Shown here one piece after another: positions 36,245 to 46,057 of a stretch of 64,000 nt of DNA (the first letter of the stretch is position 1; each line of letters begins with the position of its first letter). The stretch is taken from positions 2,005-66,004 of the forward strand of contig JAYTHE010000032.1 in assembly GCA_043732705.1 (NCBI GenBank). Reading direction: 5' to 3'. The DNA comes from Candidatus Omnitrophota bacterium (GTDB taxonomy: Bacteria > Omnitrophota > Omnitrophia > Omnitrophales > Aquincolibacteriaceae). A program made the position numbers and the translations under genes. The notes under the pieces were generated by a model. The model did no database searches. It worked only from the letters and a program-made list of their open reading frames with translations, and was not told the DNA's origin.

Positions 36245-37936
36245 TTAGTTTTTTGTTTCCGCGCTTTTTTCTATTACCGCGCAAAGCGGCGCTTGATCAG
36301 CGTTAACTGTATAAACCGCTTGCGGGCCGGGCCATTGATTATTCAATAATAGATGAGGATCCCGGCTGCGGGAAAACTCAAGGCTGTATTGCCACTCATT
36401 TTTACCCTGAATGAAGGGAATATACCGCCGCCCCAAACCTTTGACTAAAAAAGGTACCGCGGAAATAGGTTCGCCGTCCGAGCGAATGATTAAAGGCGCG
36501 GCCTGATTTTGTGAGCGGGCATGGTTCACTAAGGCCTCAGACGCGCGGCGCAGGCAGTTGCCCCAGTAGTCGGTTTCGTAACGGCCATAAGCTCCCCGCA
36601 GGCCGCCGACCAAAGGGTTAAAATAAACGTATTCGTTGGGATGGTTTTGAATCATCCAGCCTAGCGGTTCCCACAAAAAAAGAATTAAAAAAAACGCAAC
36701 CGCGCTTTTCTTGAAAACAGTTTGAGCTAAATCGAAAAGAGTATTCCAGGCAAGCGCCGCCAGAATAATCATGGCCGGATAAATAAAAAGAAAGTGCCGC
36801 CAACTATCATAAACCACTGATTTGCGTAGAATGGCATAACCCAGCGGGAATAGTGCGCAGAAAATGAGGAAGCTCAGTATGGTCTTGCTGTATTTTGAAA
36901 ATAAATTTTTAGCGATGCCGGCAAATAAAAAAAGAGAAAATATAAAAAAAAGCGGACTGGAAATCAAAATCCATTTGGGCAAATAGTACCAAGGAGTTTC
37001 GCCATGCTTATAGATCAAACCTTCAAAAAGCAATTGGCCTTGCGCTCCGCCAAATTGCGAAAAAGCGCCCAAGGCTTGAAGCGGGTGAGTCAGCGGGTTT
37101 AAAAGGCCAAAGGGCCAGAAAATAAGCCCTCCTAAATATCCGCAAAGTGAAATCGGAAGCAGAATTTGAATCAGGCGCATCAAAGAAAATGCATTCGATT
37201 TTTGTTTTTTAGCTTGAAGCCAAATCAAACCGGTAAAAAGCCCGAGATAGCAGAAAAAAAGCAATCCGCCGGCTTTGATGTTGAGCGCCATTGCAATTCC
37301 GAGCGCGGTACCCGCAAGTGTTTTCCAGGTTGGGGCGGGGATTTCCTCGATGAGGCAAATCATAAAATAGGTAAAGATCGCGGCGGCCGTCGCGAAAGGA
37401 ATATCTTTAGGGTTGTTCATGGAATTTCCAAAGAAGCGCGGCGAGAGAATCAGAAATACAAGCGTAAACGTTCCGGCGCGCCATCCGCTTATTTTACGCG
37501 AGGTCAGTCCCGTGAAAAGAATGGCCGTAAATCCGAAAAGAGCATTCACGACGTGGCGCGTGTCATGCCAATGCGGCGCAATGAAATCAGTCTGCAGTGA
37601 ATAGTTAGCGACATTTTTAACACTGTCAAAGAGCGTGCCGTAAATGGCAGCGGTGATTGTGTCAAAGAGGCCGCCGTACAAATACATCGTTTCGCCGAAT
37701 TTTAGTGCGCTTTGATCATGCCCCCAGCTGAGAAGAAATTTAAGTACGAGTTTGCCATATTGGCTTTGAATCCATTCATCCCAAATGATCCCGTAACCGA
37801 GACTAAGGATGGGTATCCCAACTGCCGCGGCGAGAGTAATTGTCCAGAAAGCAGTTTTCCACGAGCACAGATCAAAAAGAGAAAAGCCCGGCTTCTCGGC
37901 TGCGGGAGCGGCAAGTTTATGGGAATTTTTCGGCAT
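36245..37936 (-). CDS. GT-C fold (ArnT/PMT-like) membrane glycosyltransferase
   Basis: WDE in the first loop, YGG.FD, NNPKD.PFA, PWYY and DYWG. Confidence 0.78.
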   Translation of the reverse strand: MPKNSHKLAAPAAEKPGFSLFDLCSWKTAFWTITLAAAVGIPILSLGYGIIWDEWIQSQYGKLVLKFLLSWGHDQSALKFGETMYLYGGLFDTITAAIYGTLFDSVKNVANYSLQTDFIAPHWHDTRHVVNALFGFTAILFTGLTSRKISGWRAGTFTLVFLILSPRFFGNSMNNPKDIPFATAAAIFTYFMICLIEEIPAPTWKTLAGTALGIAMALNIKAGGLLFFCYLGLFTGLIWLQAKKQKSNAFSLMRLIQILLPISLCGYLGGLIFWPFGLLNPLTHPLQALGAFSQFGGAQGQLLFEGLIYKHGETPWYYLPKWILISSPLFFIFSLFLFAGIAKNLFSKYSKTILSFLIFCALFPLGYAILRKSVVYDSWRHFLFIYPAMIILAALAWNTLFDLAQTVFKKSAVAFFLILFLWEPLGWMIQNHPNEYVYFNPLVGGLRGAYGRYETDYWGNCLRRASEALVNHARSQNQAAPLIIRSDGEPISAVPFLVKGLGRRYIPFIQGKNEWQYSLEFSRSRDPHLLLNNQWPGPQAVYTVNADQAPLCAVIEKSAETKN

Positions 37937-38014
37937 GTGTTTTATTATAGCGATAGTTGCGTTAAATCAAAAAGGTGTTTTAAGATTATTTGCTGAAAAG
38001 CCGATAATGCATTC

Positions 38015-38710
38015 ATGCAAAAAATATCGATTATTATCCCTGCGTACAATGAAGCTCCGACTATTCGTCAGCTGGTTGAAAGAATTTTAGCCGTTGATTT
38101 TAAAATCGCTTACGAAATTATCATCGTGGATGATCACAGCGAAGACCGCACCCCCGAAATTGCCCGCGCCTTGGGCAGCGAATCGGCCGGCAAAGTTAAA
38201 ATTCTGCGCAATGAAGTCAATCAGGGAAAAGGATATTCGATCCAACGCGGCTTTACGCAGGCGACAGGCGACATTGTTATCGTTCAGGATGCGGACTTTG
38301 AATATAACCCGCAGGAAATTCCGAAACTGCTTCAACCTTTGCTGGACGGTCAAGCGCAAGTCGTTTACGGCAGCCGCTTTTTAAAGGGCGACCGTCCGGA
38401 TGGAATGGCGTTCCCAAACTATGTCGCGAATAAATTCCTGACTTGGCTTACCAATGCGCTTTATGGCTGCAAGTTGACAGATATGGAAACCTGTTACAAA
38501 CTTGTGAAGCGGGATATTCTCGAGAGTTTAAATTTAACCGCCCGCCGGTTTGATTTTGAACCCGAAATTAGTTCGAAACTGACGCTTAAAGGGATCGCCA
38601 TTATGGAGCTTCCGATTACTTATCATGGACGTACCGCCGCGCAAGGCAAAAAAATCAAGGCGCGTGATTTTTTTATGGCGATTGAAGTCCTTTTCAAAAA
38701 CCGCCGATGA
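38015..38710 (+). CDS. GT2 polyprenyl-phosphate glycosyltransferase (DPM1-like)
   Basis: IIPAYNE, DDHS.D, NQGKG, QDAD.EY, YGSRF and DMETCYK. Confidence 0.92.
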   Translation: MQKISIIIPAYNEAPTIRQLVERILAVDFKIAYEIIIVDDHSEDRTPEIARALGSESAGKVKILRNEVNQGKGYSIQRGFTQATGDIVIVQDADFEYNPQEIPKLLQPLLDGQAQVVYGSRFLKGDRPDGMAFPNYVANKFLTWLTNALYGCKLTDMETCYKLVKRDILESLNLTARRFDFEPEISSKLTLKGIAIMELPITYHGRTAAQGKKIKARDFFMAIEVLFKNRR

Positions 38711-40548
38711 AGCGCGTTATCCGATTGTTAACTTTCGGAATCGCGACTTTTGTTTTAACCGCTTTTTCTGTTTCTTCCACTCAGGCTGAATCGCTTGCCA
38801 TGCGTGAAATTCGAGTTGCTGCCGCAGTGTCACCCGGGTTTCAATCTTTACCGGAATGGAAATCTGATTTTGAAAGGCGTTTGATCTACGCCTCACGAAT
38901 TTTTGAAAGTGAATTTAAGATTAAATTCAAATTGGTTCGCTACGTGAAATGGACGCCTTCCGAGGAAGCCGCGGAAATGACCTCTTTGCTTGAACAATTG
39001 CGCGGGGATATTAACCTGGCTGATGTGGATATTGTGATTGGTCTGACTCATTACAATGTGGCTCCCGACCACCCTGATATGAAGGATTTGCACACTCTGG
39101 GGCAAGCCCGGCCGTTTTCAGGGCATCTGGTGATTCGCTATCCCGCTAATAAGCTTTACAAGGTACAGGAAGAAACCGTGCTTGCGCATGAGCTGGGACA
39201 TGTGTTCGGCGCCGTACATACCGATGACCCCAACAGTATTATGTCGCCAGTGGTAGACCGCCAAATTCCCGTGCGATTTGATGCCGAAAACCGGCAGATT
39301 ATTCTCGAGACGCGGGCCATTAACGTGAATCGCGGCGCTGAATCCCTTCCAACCAATATGCTGCAACGATTATTGCGCTCTTATTTAAAAATGATCGGCA
39401 AAAACGGCTCCTCCGATTTTTATTATTCAATCGGACTTTTTTATTTACAGTTGGGTCAGCCCAATGACGCGATCAAGGCTTGGAAAAGAGCGGTGAGTGT
39501 TGACCCGGAAAATCCCGAGTGGCGCTATAACTTGGGCGCGCTTTATTTCAAATCAGGCGATTTTGCGCACGCGATTCCGGAGCTGAGCCAGGCCGTTTCG
39601 GGATTCCGGTTTGACGTGCAAAAACCAATGCAGGCATCGGCGTTGACCATTTTAGGCGAAGCTTATTTTGAGCAGGACAATATGTTCGCCGCGAATAATG
39701 CGTGGACTCGTGCGTTGGGTTTACAGCCGGGTGATCTCGAGCTTCAAGCGGGCTTGGCGGGAGTTAAATTTAAACAGGGCCAAATCAGTAATGCGATTGA
39801 TGATTTTCAGCGAATTTTAAAGAAGGATCCAAAAAATTTACGGTCTTTGATTTATTTAGGGAAAGCGCTGCATCAACAGCAGAAAATGCCGGAAGCGGTG
39901 CAGTATTTTGAACTCGCGCTCACCGAACTGAACCGCCAGCCGCGTACCCCCGGCCAAGTTCAGCAGTTGAGTACTGTTTACGGAGAACTTGGAAATATTT
40001 ATCTGACGCTTGATAATCAAAAACAAGCCTTTGAAAATTTTCAAGCAGCATGTGATTTAGCCCCTTCCGGCGAATGCCACAAGCAATTGGGTGTGACGAT
40101 GTTTAGTATGCGGCAATGGGGAGAAGCCTCGCGGGAATTTGCGCAGGCTTTGCAGTTTAATAAAGAGGATGCGGATGTTTATGGCATGATGGGAACAGCG
40201 CTCGCGCAGAATGATGACTTTCCCAATGCGGTCGGAGTTTTTAAAGAAGGTTTAAAATACGCGAAGGATCCAAAAATGCAGGCGCGCTTACACCGCAATA
40301 TCGGCAATTTATATTTATCGCAAAAGGGTTATGATCTTGCCGAGCCTGAATTTCAGCTCGCGTTGACGAAAGACTGGAGTGATGTCGACAGCCATTTTGG
40401 CCTAGCGATGGCTCAGCTTGGTAAAGACGAATCCGTTTCGGCGATTGATAGTTTGCGTGACGTTTTGCGTATTGACCCGAGCAATAAACGCGCTCAATCC
40501 ATGCTTGAATCGATTCAGGCCAGCTTAAACAGTCAGCAGCCCGGATAA
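38707..40548 (+). CDS. Exported metzincin (reprolysin/M12-like) metalloprotease with a long TPR array
   Basis: Signal peptide, HELGHVFGAVH zinc motif, SIM Met-turn and multiple TPR repeats. Confidence 0.85.
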   Translation: MKRVIRLLTFGIATFVLTAFSVSSTQAESLAMREIRVAAAVSPGFQSLPEWKSDFERRLIYASRIFESEFKIKFKLVRYVKWTPSEEAAEMTSLLEQLRGDINLADVDIVIGLTHYNVAPDHPDMKDLHTLGQARPFSGHLVIRYPANKLYKVQEETVLAHELGHVFGAVHTDDPNSIMSPVVDRQIPVRFDAENRQIILETRAINVNRGAESLPTNMLQRLLRSYLKMIGKNGSSDFYYSIGLFYLQLGQPNDAIKAWKRAVSVDPENPEWRYNLGALYFKSGDFAHAIPELSQAVSGFRFDVQKPMQASALTILGEAYFEQDNMFAANNAWTRALGLQPGDLELQAGLAGVKFKQGQISNAIDDFQRILKKDPKNLRSLIYLGKALHQQQKMPEAVQYFELALTELNRQPRTPGQVQQLSTVYGELGNIYLTLDNQKQAFENFQAACDLAPSGECHKQLGVTMFSMRQWGEASREFAQALQFNKEDADVYGMMGTALAQNDDFPNAVGVFKEGLKYAKDPKMQARLHRNIGNLYLSQKGYDLAEPEFQLALTKDWSDVDSHFGLAMAQLGKDESVSAIDSLRDVLRIDPSNKRAQSMLESIQASLNSQQPG

Positions 40549-40561
40549 AGGTGAGGACTTC

Positions 40562-41278
40562 ATGATTTGTCCCCAATGCCGGTCATCATTTTACTTTTTA
40601 GAATCGAGAACTTTGGCTGCTTCCGCGCGCTGTTTAAAATGTAGTCATCGCGGCGCACCCGTCAAATTTTCATACGATACCTATCATTCCGATCTTTACT
40701 CTTCAAAGCCTTACACCCGCAATCTCCGAACCGACCCGCAAATGAAATGGATCCTTTCGCGTCTTAATATTCAGCCGCGTGATGTGGTGATTGACTTAGG
40801 CTGCGGTGTGGGTGATTACACGCGTGAAGCGCGCAATTTAACTGAGCGGGCTGCGGGATATGACCGAGACGCGAATGCCGCAAAAAGAAAGTATCCCGGA
40901 GTTGCTTTTTTTGAACATGATTTGGATCAACCGATTCCCTTGCCGGACGCATCTGTGGATAAGTTGGTTTCAATTAATGTGATCGAACATTTGGTTGATT
41001 GGGATTTTTTTTTGCGAGAATGTCATCGCGTTTTGCGACCGGGGGGTGTGATTGCGCTTTCAACGGCTAATCGCGATTTTCTTCTGCACGCTTTCCATCA
41101 CGATGCCACGCACTATCACGAATGGACTTTAGATCAATTTGTAAAGATTGCGGAAGCCCATTTTTTGACAATTACGGCAAGAAAAGACTGTGCGATGTTT
41201 AATTACTATCCGATTAATTTAATTTTGAGCCATGTTTTGAAACCGGACCTGTCCTGGATTGGGAGAAAGAAGCATTAG
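40562..41278 (+). CDS. Class I SAM methyltransferase with an N-terminal zinc ribbon
   Basis: CPQC...CLKC, DLGCGVG, VIEHL and RVLRPGG. Confidence 0.85.
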   Translation: MICPQCRSSFYFLESRTLAASARCLKCSHRGAPVKFSYDTYHSDLYSSKPYTRNLRTDPQMKWILSRLNIQPRDVVIDLGCGVGDYTREARNLTERAAGYDRDANAAKRKYPGVAFFEHDLDQPIPLPDASVDKLVSINVIEHLVDWDFFLRECHRVLRPGGVIALSTANRDFLLHAFHHDATHYHEWTLDQFVKIAEAHFLTITARKDCAMFNYYPINLILSHVLKPDLSWIGRKKH

Positions 41279-41281
41279 AAT

Positions 41282-42844
41282 ATGAAGTGGATACAGACAA
41301 GGCATACAATTTTTGTACTTATTTTTCTTGCCACAGCGACTTTGACTTTAAGTTGTCTGGGGGTTTTTAGCACCCCTTTCTTTCGCGACTATGTCATTGT
41401 TTTTGAGGGCGGCTACCGAGTGCTTCATGGGCAAATGCCCTATCGCGATTTTTTTATTCCTACAGGCCCCATTATTTTTTATATGCAGGCTTTTTTTGAG
41501 TGCCTTTTTGGAGTTAATCTTTGGGCGTCGGCGATGCACGCAGGGGGGGTGGCGGCAATTTTGATTTGTAACTTTTACCTTGTGACAGTCAAAAAGCTTG
41601 GAAGTTTTGTCAGCTCTGTAATGAGCCTTTTGTTGTATTTTTCATTTACTGGCTACATCACGTATCCCTGGTATAACACCACGGCTTATTTTTTCTTTTT
41701 ACTAAACGTATTATTTTTAATCCCGCTTCTTGACAAAGAAAAATTAGAGGCCAAAGTTTACTTGATTTCAGCGGTTTTGTGCGTGATGACTTTTTTTTCG
41801 AAGCAAGACGTTGGAGTCTTGCATTTTGCCGGACTGTTTGCATTTTTTTCAATACATTACACCGCTGACTTAAAAAAAATATCGTTCTGTTTCTTAGGGG
41901 CGGCTTTCTTATTGGCCGCGGGCATTGCTTTGTTTTTTCAATTCAACGGCGATTTCTTATATTGGTTTGATCACTGGCAAAAAAAAGATTCACAAGTGAT
42001 GGAGAAGTTGGCTAACGGACATTTCTTTTTGCAGTGGCGACTTTATTGTGTTCTTGCTCTCGGAGTTTCACAACTCCTGTTTAAAATTTCAAAAGGTGTT
42101 CGTAAACGACTTTTTATGCTGGCCTTTTTGCTTGGAGTGCCGCTTGTCACTAAGGTTACTTCCGGGTGTTCGTGGCAAGCCACCTTGCAAGGCATTCCCT
42201 TGGTGCTTTATGTGGTTTATGAAATAGTCGAATCCTTCGGCGGACTCTCAATTCAATTAAAGTCTCAGAGACTCGGAATTAAACTCAGTTTGATTTTGCT
42301 TGCATGCATTTCATCCAATCCGTTTTACTTGGTCGGGCGCTATTTTACCGGGAGTTTCCTGACACGTGGTTCTTATGAAGGGAACGCTTGGGCTGAGGGG
42401 ATGAAACGAAAATTTGACCTTGAGGGTTTTGCCCCGATACCGAATGGAAGTTATAAAAACTGCCTTATTAAAAAAGATCTTTTGCCGGGCTTATTCAAAG
42501 TTGAAAAAGCAATGAGTCTTTTTCCGGAGTCTTTTTTTAATATGTCTGAATATGCATTTTTAAATGTTGATTTTAAGCATATTCCGATCATGAAATTGCC
42601 GCTTTGGTTTGATGAGGGCGTATCTTATTCGCATGCAGACGTTCCGAGGATTATGGCGTATGTGCAAGATACCAAGCCGCGGCTTATTTTTTTGCAGGAC
42701 GCGCATACTAATAAAGATCGCGGTCTGCAGATGTTCTACGCCTATTCGTGGATAAAAAAAGGGAAGTATGCTTCGTTGTTCAAGACTGCGGCGCCCGCAG
42801 GCTGGGACATTCACGTTTTAGTTCTGCCACCCGAGAAGCCGTAG
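41282..42844 (+). CDS. Multi-TM GT-C-like protein
   Basis: D.....GYR...GQMPYRDF, WYN, SKQD and many TM helices. Confidence 0.65.
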   Translation: MKWIQTRHTIFVLIFLATATLTLSCLGVFSTPFFRDYVIVFEGGYRVLHGQMPYRDFFIPTGPIIFYMQAFFECLFGVNLWASAMHAGGVAAILICNFYLVTVKKLGSFVSSVMSLLLYFSFTGYITYPWYNTTAYFFFLLNVLFLIPLLDKEKLEAKVYLISAVLCVMTFFSKQDVGVLHFAGLFAFFSIHYTADLKKISFCFLGAAFLLAAGIALFFQFNGDFLYWFDHWQKKDSQVMEKLANGHFFLQWRLYCVLALGVSQLLFKISKGVRKRLFMLAFLLGVPLVTKVTSGCSWQATLQGIPLVLYVVYEIVESFGGLSIQLKSQRLGIKLSLILLACISSNPFYLVGRYFTGSFLTRGSYEGNAWAEGMKRKFDLEGFAPIPNGSYKNCLIKKDLLPGLFKVEKAMSLFPESFFNMSEYAFLNVDFKHIPIMKLPLWFDEGVSYSHADVPRIMAYVQDTKPRLIFLQDAHTNKDRGLQMFYAYSWIKKGKYASLFKTAAPAGWDIHVLVLPPEKP

Positions 42845-42866
42845 AAAGACTTTAATTGTGGCGAGG

Positions 42867-44063
42867 TTACTTTTGGGTGCGTTTTTTTAGCACTTTGAGC
42901 AGTTCGTTTGCCGCGCGGCGGTGATCCGTAAGTTTAACCCCTAGAACATGCACTGCGCCGTCCGGATCAAAAACAAATTCATGTTCACGTGAAATTTCAT
43001 GCGCCGAAACCGTGTGACGGGGTTTGGCAAGTGGGCGAATGCCGGCATCAGTTGAAAGAATTTCAGACTGAGTGAGTTTTGCTTCCGGGAAAAACTTTTT
43101 GACAGAACTGAGGAGATAGCCGATTTCTTCCTGGGTTGCTTTCACCTCATCCGGGTTGGGTTCAAGTCTTTCGGTCGTGCCGATTCGCGCACAATTTTTA
43201 CGATTAATCACAAAGAAAATGCGCTTATCCTCAGCTTGCAAAATAGCCGAATAATTTGTAAATGGAGGAATTTCAACATGCGCGCCCGCGATTGGCACGA
43301 TTAAGTCACTTTTTATGCCACCGGCTTTTTGCCGTACTTTATCCACCCATGCGCCAGAGGCGTTGACAAGATGCTTAGCATGAAAAACTTCGGGAGAGCC
43401 GTCAATCAAGGCTTCGATGACGAATTGCTTGGATAAATTGTCAAAATGGTAACGAGTCACGGGAGTGCGTTCAAACATTTGAGCGCCTTGAATCCGGGCA
43501 TCTTCGGCAATTTGTTTAACTAGCGCCAAATCATCTGTGGTGTGATCCTGAACAATAACGCCACCCACAAGGCCCTTTGGATTCAATCCCGGCTCGAGGC
43601 GAAGCACTTCTTCCGCGGAACCAAGTATGCGTGTACCTTTTTTTGCACCGCCACATTGGGCAAGAAAGCCGTAAAACCAAGTACCAAAAAAAATAGAAAA
43701 GCGGCTTTGTCCTTGAGTTTTGTAAATTGGCATGAGTAATTCGATTTCTGTGATCAAGTGCGGCCATTGACGCGCTAGGCCGTGAGTTTCTTTGAGCGCG
43801 AGAAATACAAAGCGTAAGTTTTTCCAGAACTCGCCCAAATGTCCCGAAAGCAGGGAAGACCAGGCCGTTTCTAAATAACGCAGCCCACCATGAATCAGTT
43901 TTGAGCTTTTGCTGCTGGTTCCGGAGCCAAAAGTATTTTTTTCAAATAGCACAACACTCAGATCATGGAGCCGGCTTTCGCGCGCGATGGCAGCGCCGGT
44001 GATACCGCCGCCAATAATCGCGATATCGTAAACAACAGTTTTTTTCTGATGCGAAGAGATCAA
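42867..44063 (-). CDS. FAD-dependent glycerol-3-phosphate dehydrogenase/oxidase-like protein lacking the usual C-terminal domain
   Basis: IIGGGITGA, SGTSSKSSKLIHGGLRYL, NASGAW.D, IGTT, GIRPL and SREH. Confidence 0.85.
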   Translation of the reverse strand: MISSHQKKTVVYDIAIIGGGITGAAIARESRLHDLSVVLFEKNTFGSGTSSKSSKLIHGGLRYLETAWSSLLSGHLGEFWKNLRFVFLALKETHGLARQWPHLITEIELLMPIYKTQGQSRFSIFFGTWFYGFLAQCGGAKKGTRILGSAEEVLRLEPGLNPKGLVGGVIVQDHTTDDLALVKQIAEDARIQGAQMFERTPVTRYHFDNLSKQFVIEALIDGSPEVFHAKHLVNASGAWVDKVRQKAGGIKSDLIVPIAGAHVEIPPFTNYSAILQAEDKRIFFVINRKNCARIGTTERLEPNPDEVKATQEEIGYLLSSVKKFFPEAKLTQSEILSTDAGIRPLAKPRHTVSAHEISREHEFVFDPDGAVHVLGVKLTDHRRAANELLKVLKKRTQK

Positions 44064-44740
44064 TTTAAACCTTGTCTGGGCAGAGGCTGGCTTTCGCTGG
44101 CGAATTTAAATTCAAAGGGTTCGTTGCCGACAGTAACCTTGATGCGGAGATTGGGAGCATAGTCAAAAGCTTTTAAAGCAGACGCGTCATAAACAATCAG
44201 TCCGTGTGTCGCCATTCCGGGCTGCAAAATAACTTCCCGCAAAAGCCCGCTTGATTTTTGAGCCGACTTAAAAAACTTGGAACTGTTTTTCCCAGCATAA
44301 TCAGCAATCGCTTTGGTCGAAGAAATAATGCGATAAGGGTCCACAAACGGAACTAATGCCGCGACTTCACTCCATTTTGACCAGGTATTGCTTTTTTGAG
44401 AAGCTTCGGGCCAGGCCGATAAATTTTTTGATTCGCTTGAGCCTGCGAGTTTCATTATAAAACCTTCTTCGGTTGAAGCTTCGACGGCATCGGGCGAAAC
44501 AAGTACGGGCTGTTCGCTGAAATTGCTGATTTTAACCAGCACTGTTAATTCATTTTTTTTCTTAATTGAAGTTCTTAGGGCGACGCGTATACCGTCTTTT
44601 TCGATTGCCGGTTCGAGGCTTGTTGGGCCCTGAACCAAACGTTGTTCAGCGGTCTGTATAGAGGTTTGCGTCCAGGCAAAGGGGCTTGGAAACATAACAA
44701 CAAAACCCGACAAAATGAAGGCTAATATTTTTTTAAACAT
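44060..44740 (-). CDS. Hypothetical exported protein
   Basis: Signal peptide and beta-rich body. The stop overlaps the glpD-like start. Confidence 0.65.
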   Translation of the reverse strand: MFKKILAFILSGFVVMFPSPFAWTQTSIQTAEQRLVQGPTSLEPAIEKDGIRVALRTSIKKKNELTVLVKISNFSEQPVLVSPDAVEASTEEGFIMKLAGSSESKNLSAWPEASQKSNTWSKWSEVAALVPFVDPYRIISSTKAIADYAGKNSSKFFKSAQKSSGLLREVILQPGMATHGLIVYDASALKAFDYAPNLRIKVTVGNEPFEFKFASESQPLPRQGLN

Positions 44741-44949
44741 ATAAGTATTTCCGTAAATCTATTTATCGACCAATTGAGAAGATAAATAAAGTCTTAAATA
44801 TCAGAAAAGTGCTTGACGCATAACTCAATCAAATTAAGATTGCTTTCTAAAGCTATTGCGTACTTAGCTGCTTACGTCATTGATGCTTAGATCACATACT
44901 TTTGTGAATCTTGACTCGAAGAGGCTGAAAATTTGATAACGAGGTAATT

Positions 44950-45558
44950 ATGAATTTATGGGTGATTTTTCAAAAAGGCGGGCCGATTATGTGGCCGCTG
45001 CTGGTGACTTCGATTATTGCGACTTCGGTTGTGATTGAACGCGTCATTTTTATTATGCAGGAACGCAAAAGACGCAGCGCTTTTGTGGTTGATAAAATTT
45101 TGTCGGCGGTTGAAGAAGGCGACTTAGGCAAAGCAATTGATGTCGGACGCAATTCCGAAGATTTCGTAGCCAGAACATTGATTTATGGATTAGCGCATCG
45201 TGAAAGTTCTTTTTCAAATGCGTTGCTGCGTGCCGCGAATTTAGAGTTGAAACGTTTTAACCAGGGAATTGTCGTGCTTGATACGATTATTACGCTTGCG
45301 CCGCTACTTGGATTGCTTGGTACAGTGACCGGTATGATTCACGCGTTCAGTTTGCTTGGCGGAGCCGAACTTGGCGCGCCGATGGCGATTACGGGTGGCA
45401 TCGCGGAAGCTTTGATTGCCACAGGCTTCGGACTTGCGATCGCGATTATCTCTTTGATTCCGTTTAATTATTTAAATTCATTCGCGGAAATCGCGCGACA
45501 TGAAATAGAAGACGCTTCGTCGCATTTAGAACTCCTTTTAATGCAGACGCAGCCATGA
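44950..45558 (+). CDS. exbB: ExbB/TolQ/MotA family proton channel
   Basis: GG.IMWPL, APLLGLLGTV.GMI and GIAEALIAT. Confidence 0.92.
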   Translation: MNLWVIFQKGGPIMWPLLVTSIIATSVVIERVIFIMQERKRRSAFVVDKILSAVEEGDLGKAIDVGRNSEDFVARTLIYGLAHRESSFSNALLRAANLELKRFNQGIVVLDTIITLAPLLGLLGTVTGMIHAFSLLGGAELGAPMAITGGIAEALIATGFGLAIAIISLIPFNYLNSFAEIARHEIEDASSHLELLLMQTQP

Positions 45559-45616
45559 TTTGGCTTTTGGGCGTCGCTCAAATCGCGATGCCCGCAACAA
45601 TGAGAGAAAAGTTTTT

Positions 45617-46057
45617 ATGAGAATTCCGACTCATCAACGCAAACGCGCGCGGATTGAAATCATCCCGTTGATCGATATTATGTTTTTTTTGCTGGCGACC
45701 TTTGTCATGGTTTCGCTTTCGATGGTCAAGAATAACGGCATTGCCGTGAATTTACCCGTCGCGTCGACCGGCGCCGCCCAGGAACGTAAAATTTTGACGA
45801 CACTCACCGTTACTGAAGAAGGCTTTTTGTATATTGATAAAGAAAAGATTTCGATCGAGGCTTTGCCTGCGCGCCTTAAAGTACTGAAAGAAACTGATCC
45901 CGATATGAAAGTTTTTATCAACGGCGATGAAAAAGCTTCTTTCGGTGGAGTGATTAAAGTTTTGGATGAAGTTCGTAAATTAGGCATCACGAAAGTCGCG
46001 CTGCAGACAGCTTCTGCTTCTGCGGTTACACCGCAACCAGCGGGAACAAGAAAATGA
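45617..46057 (+). CDS. exbD: ExbD/TolR
   Basis: IIPLIDIMFFLLATF, VNLP and GD..A. Confidence 0.92.
   Translation: MRIPTHQRKRARIEIIPLIDIMFFLLATFVMVSLSMVKNNGIAVNLPVASTGAAQERKILTTLTVTEEGFLYIDKEKISIEALPARLKVLKETDPDMKVFINGDEKASFGGVIKVLDEVRKLGITKVALQTASASAVTPQPAGTRK

Noticed and set aside
44840-44949. Cobalamin riboswitch or CRP site upstream of exbB
   Set aside because: No B12-box motifs are recognisable. The palindrome at 44892-44907 is TCACA-N6-TGTGA, the inverse of the CRP arrangement.
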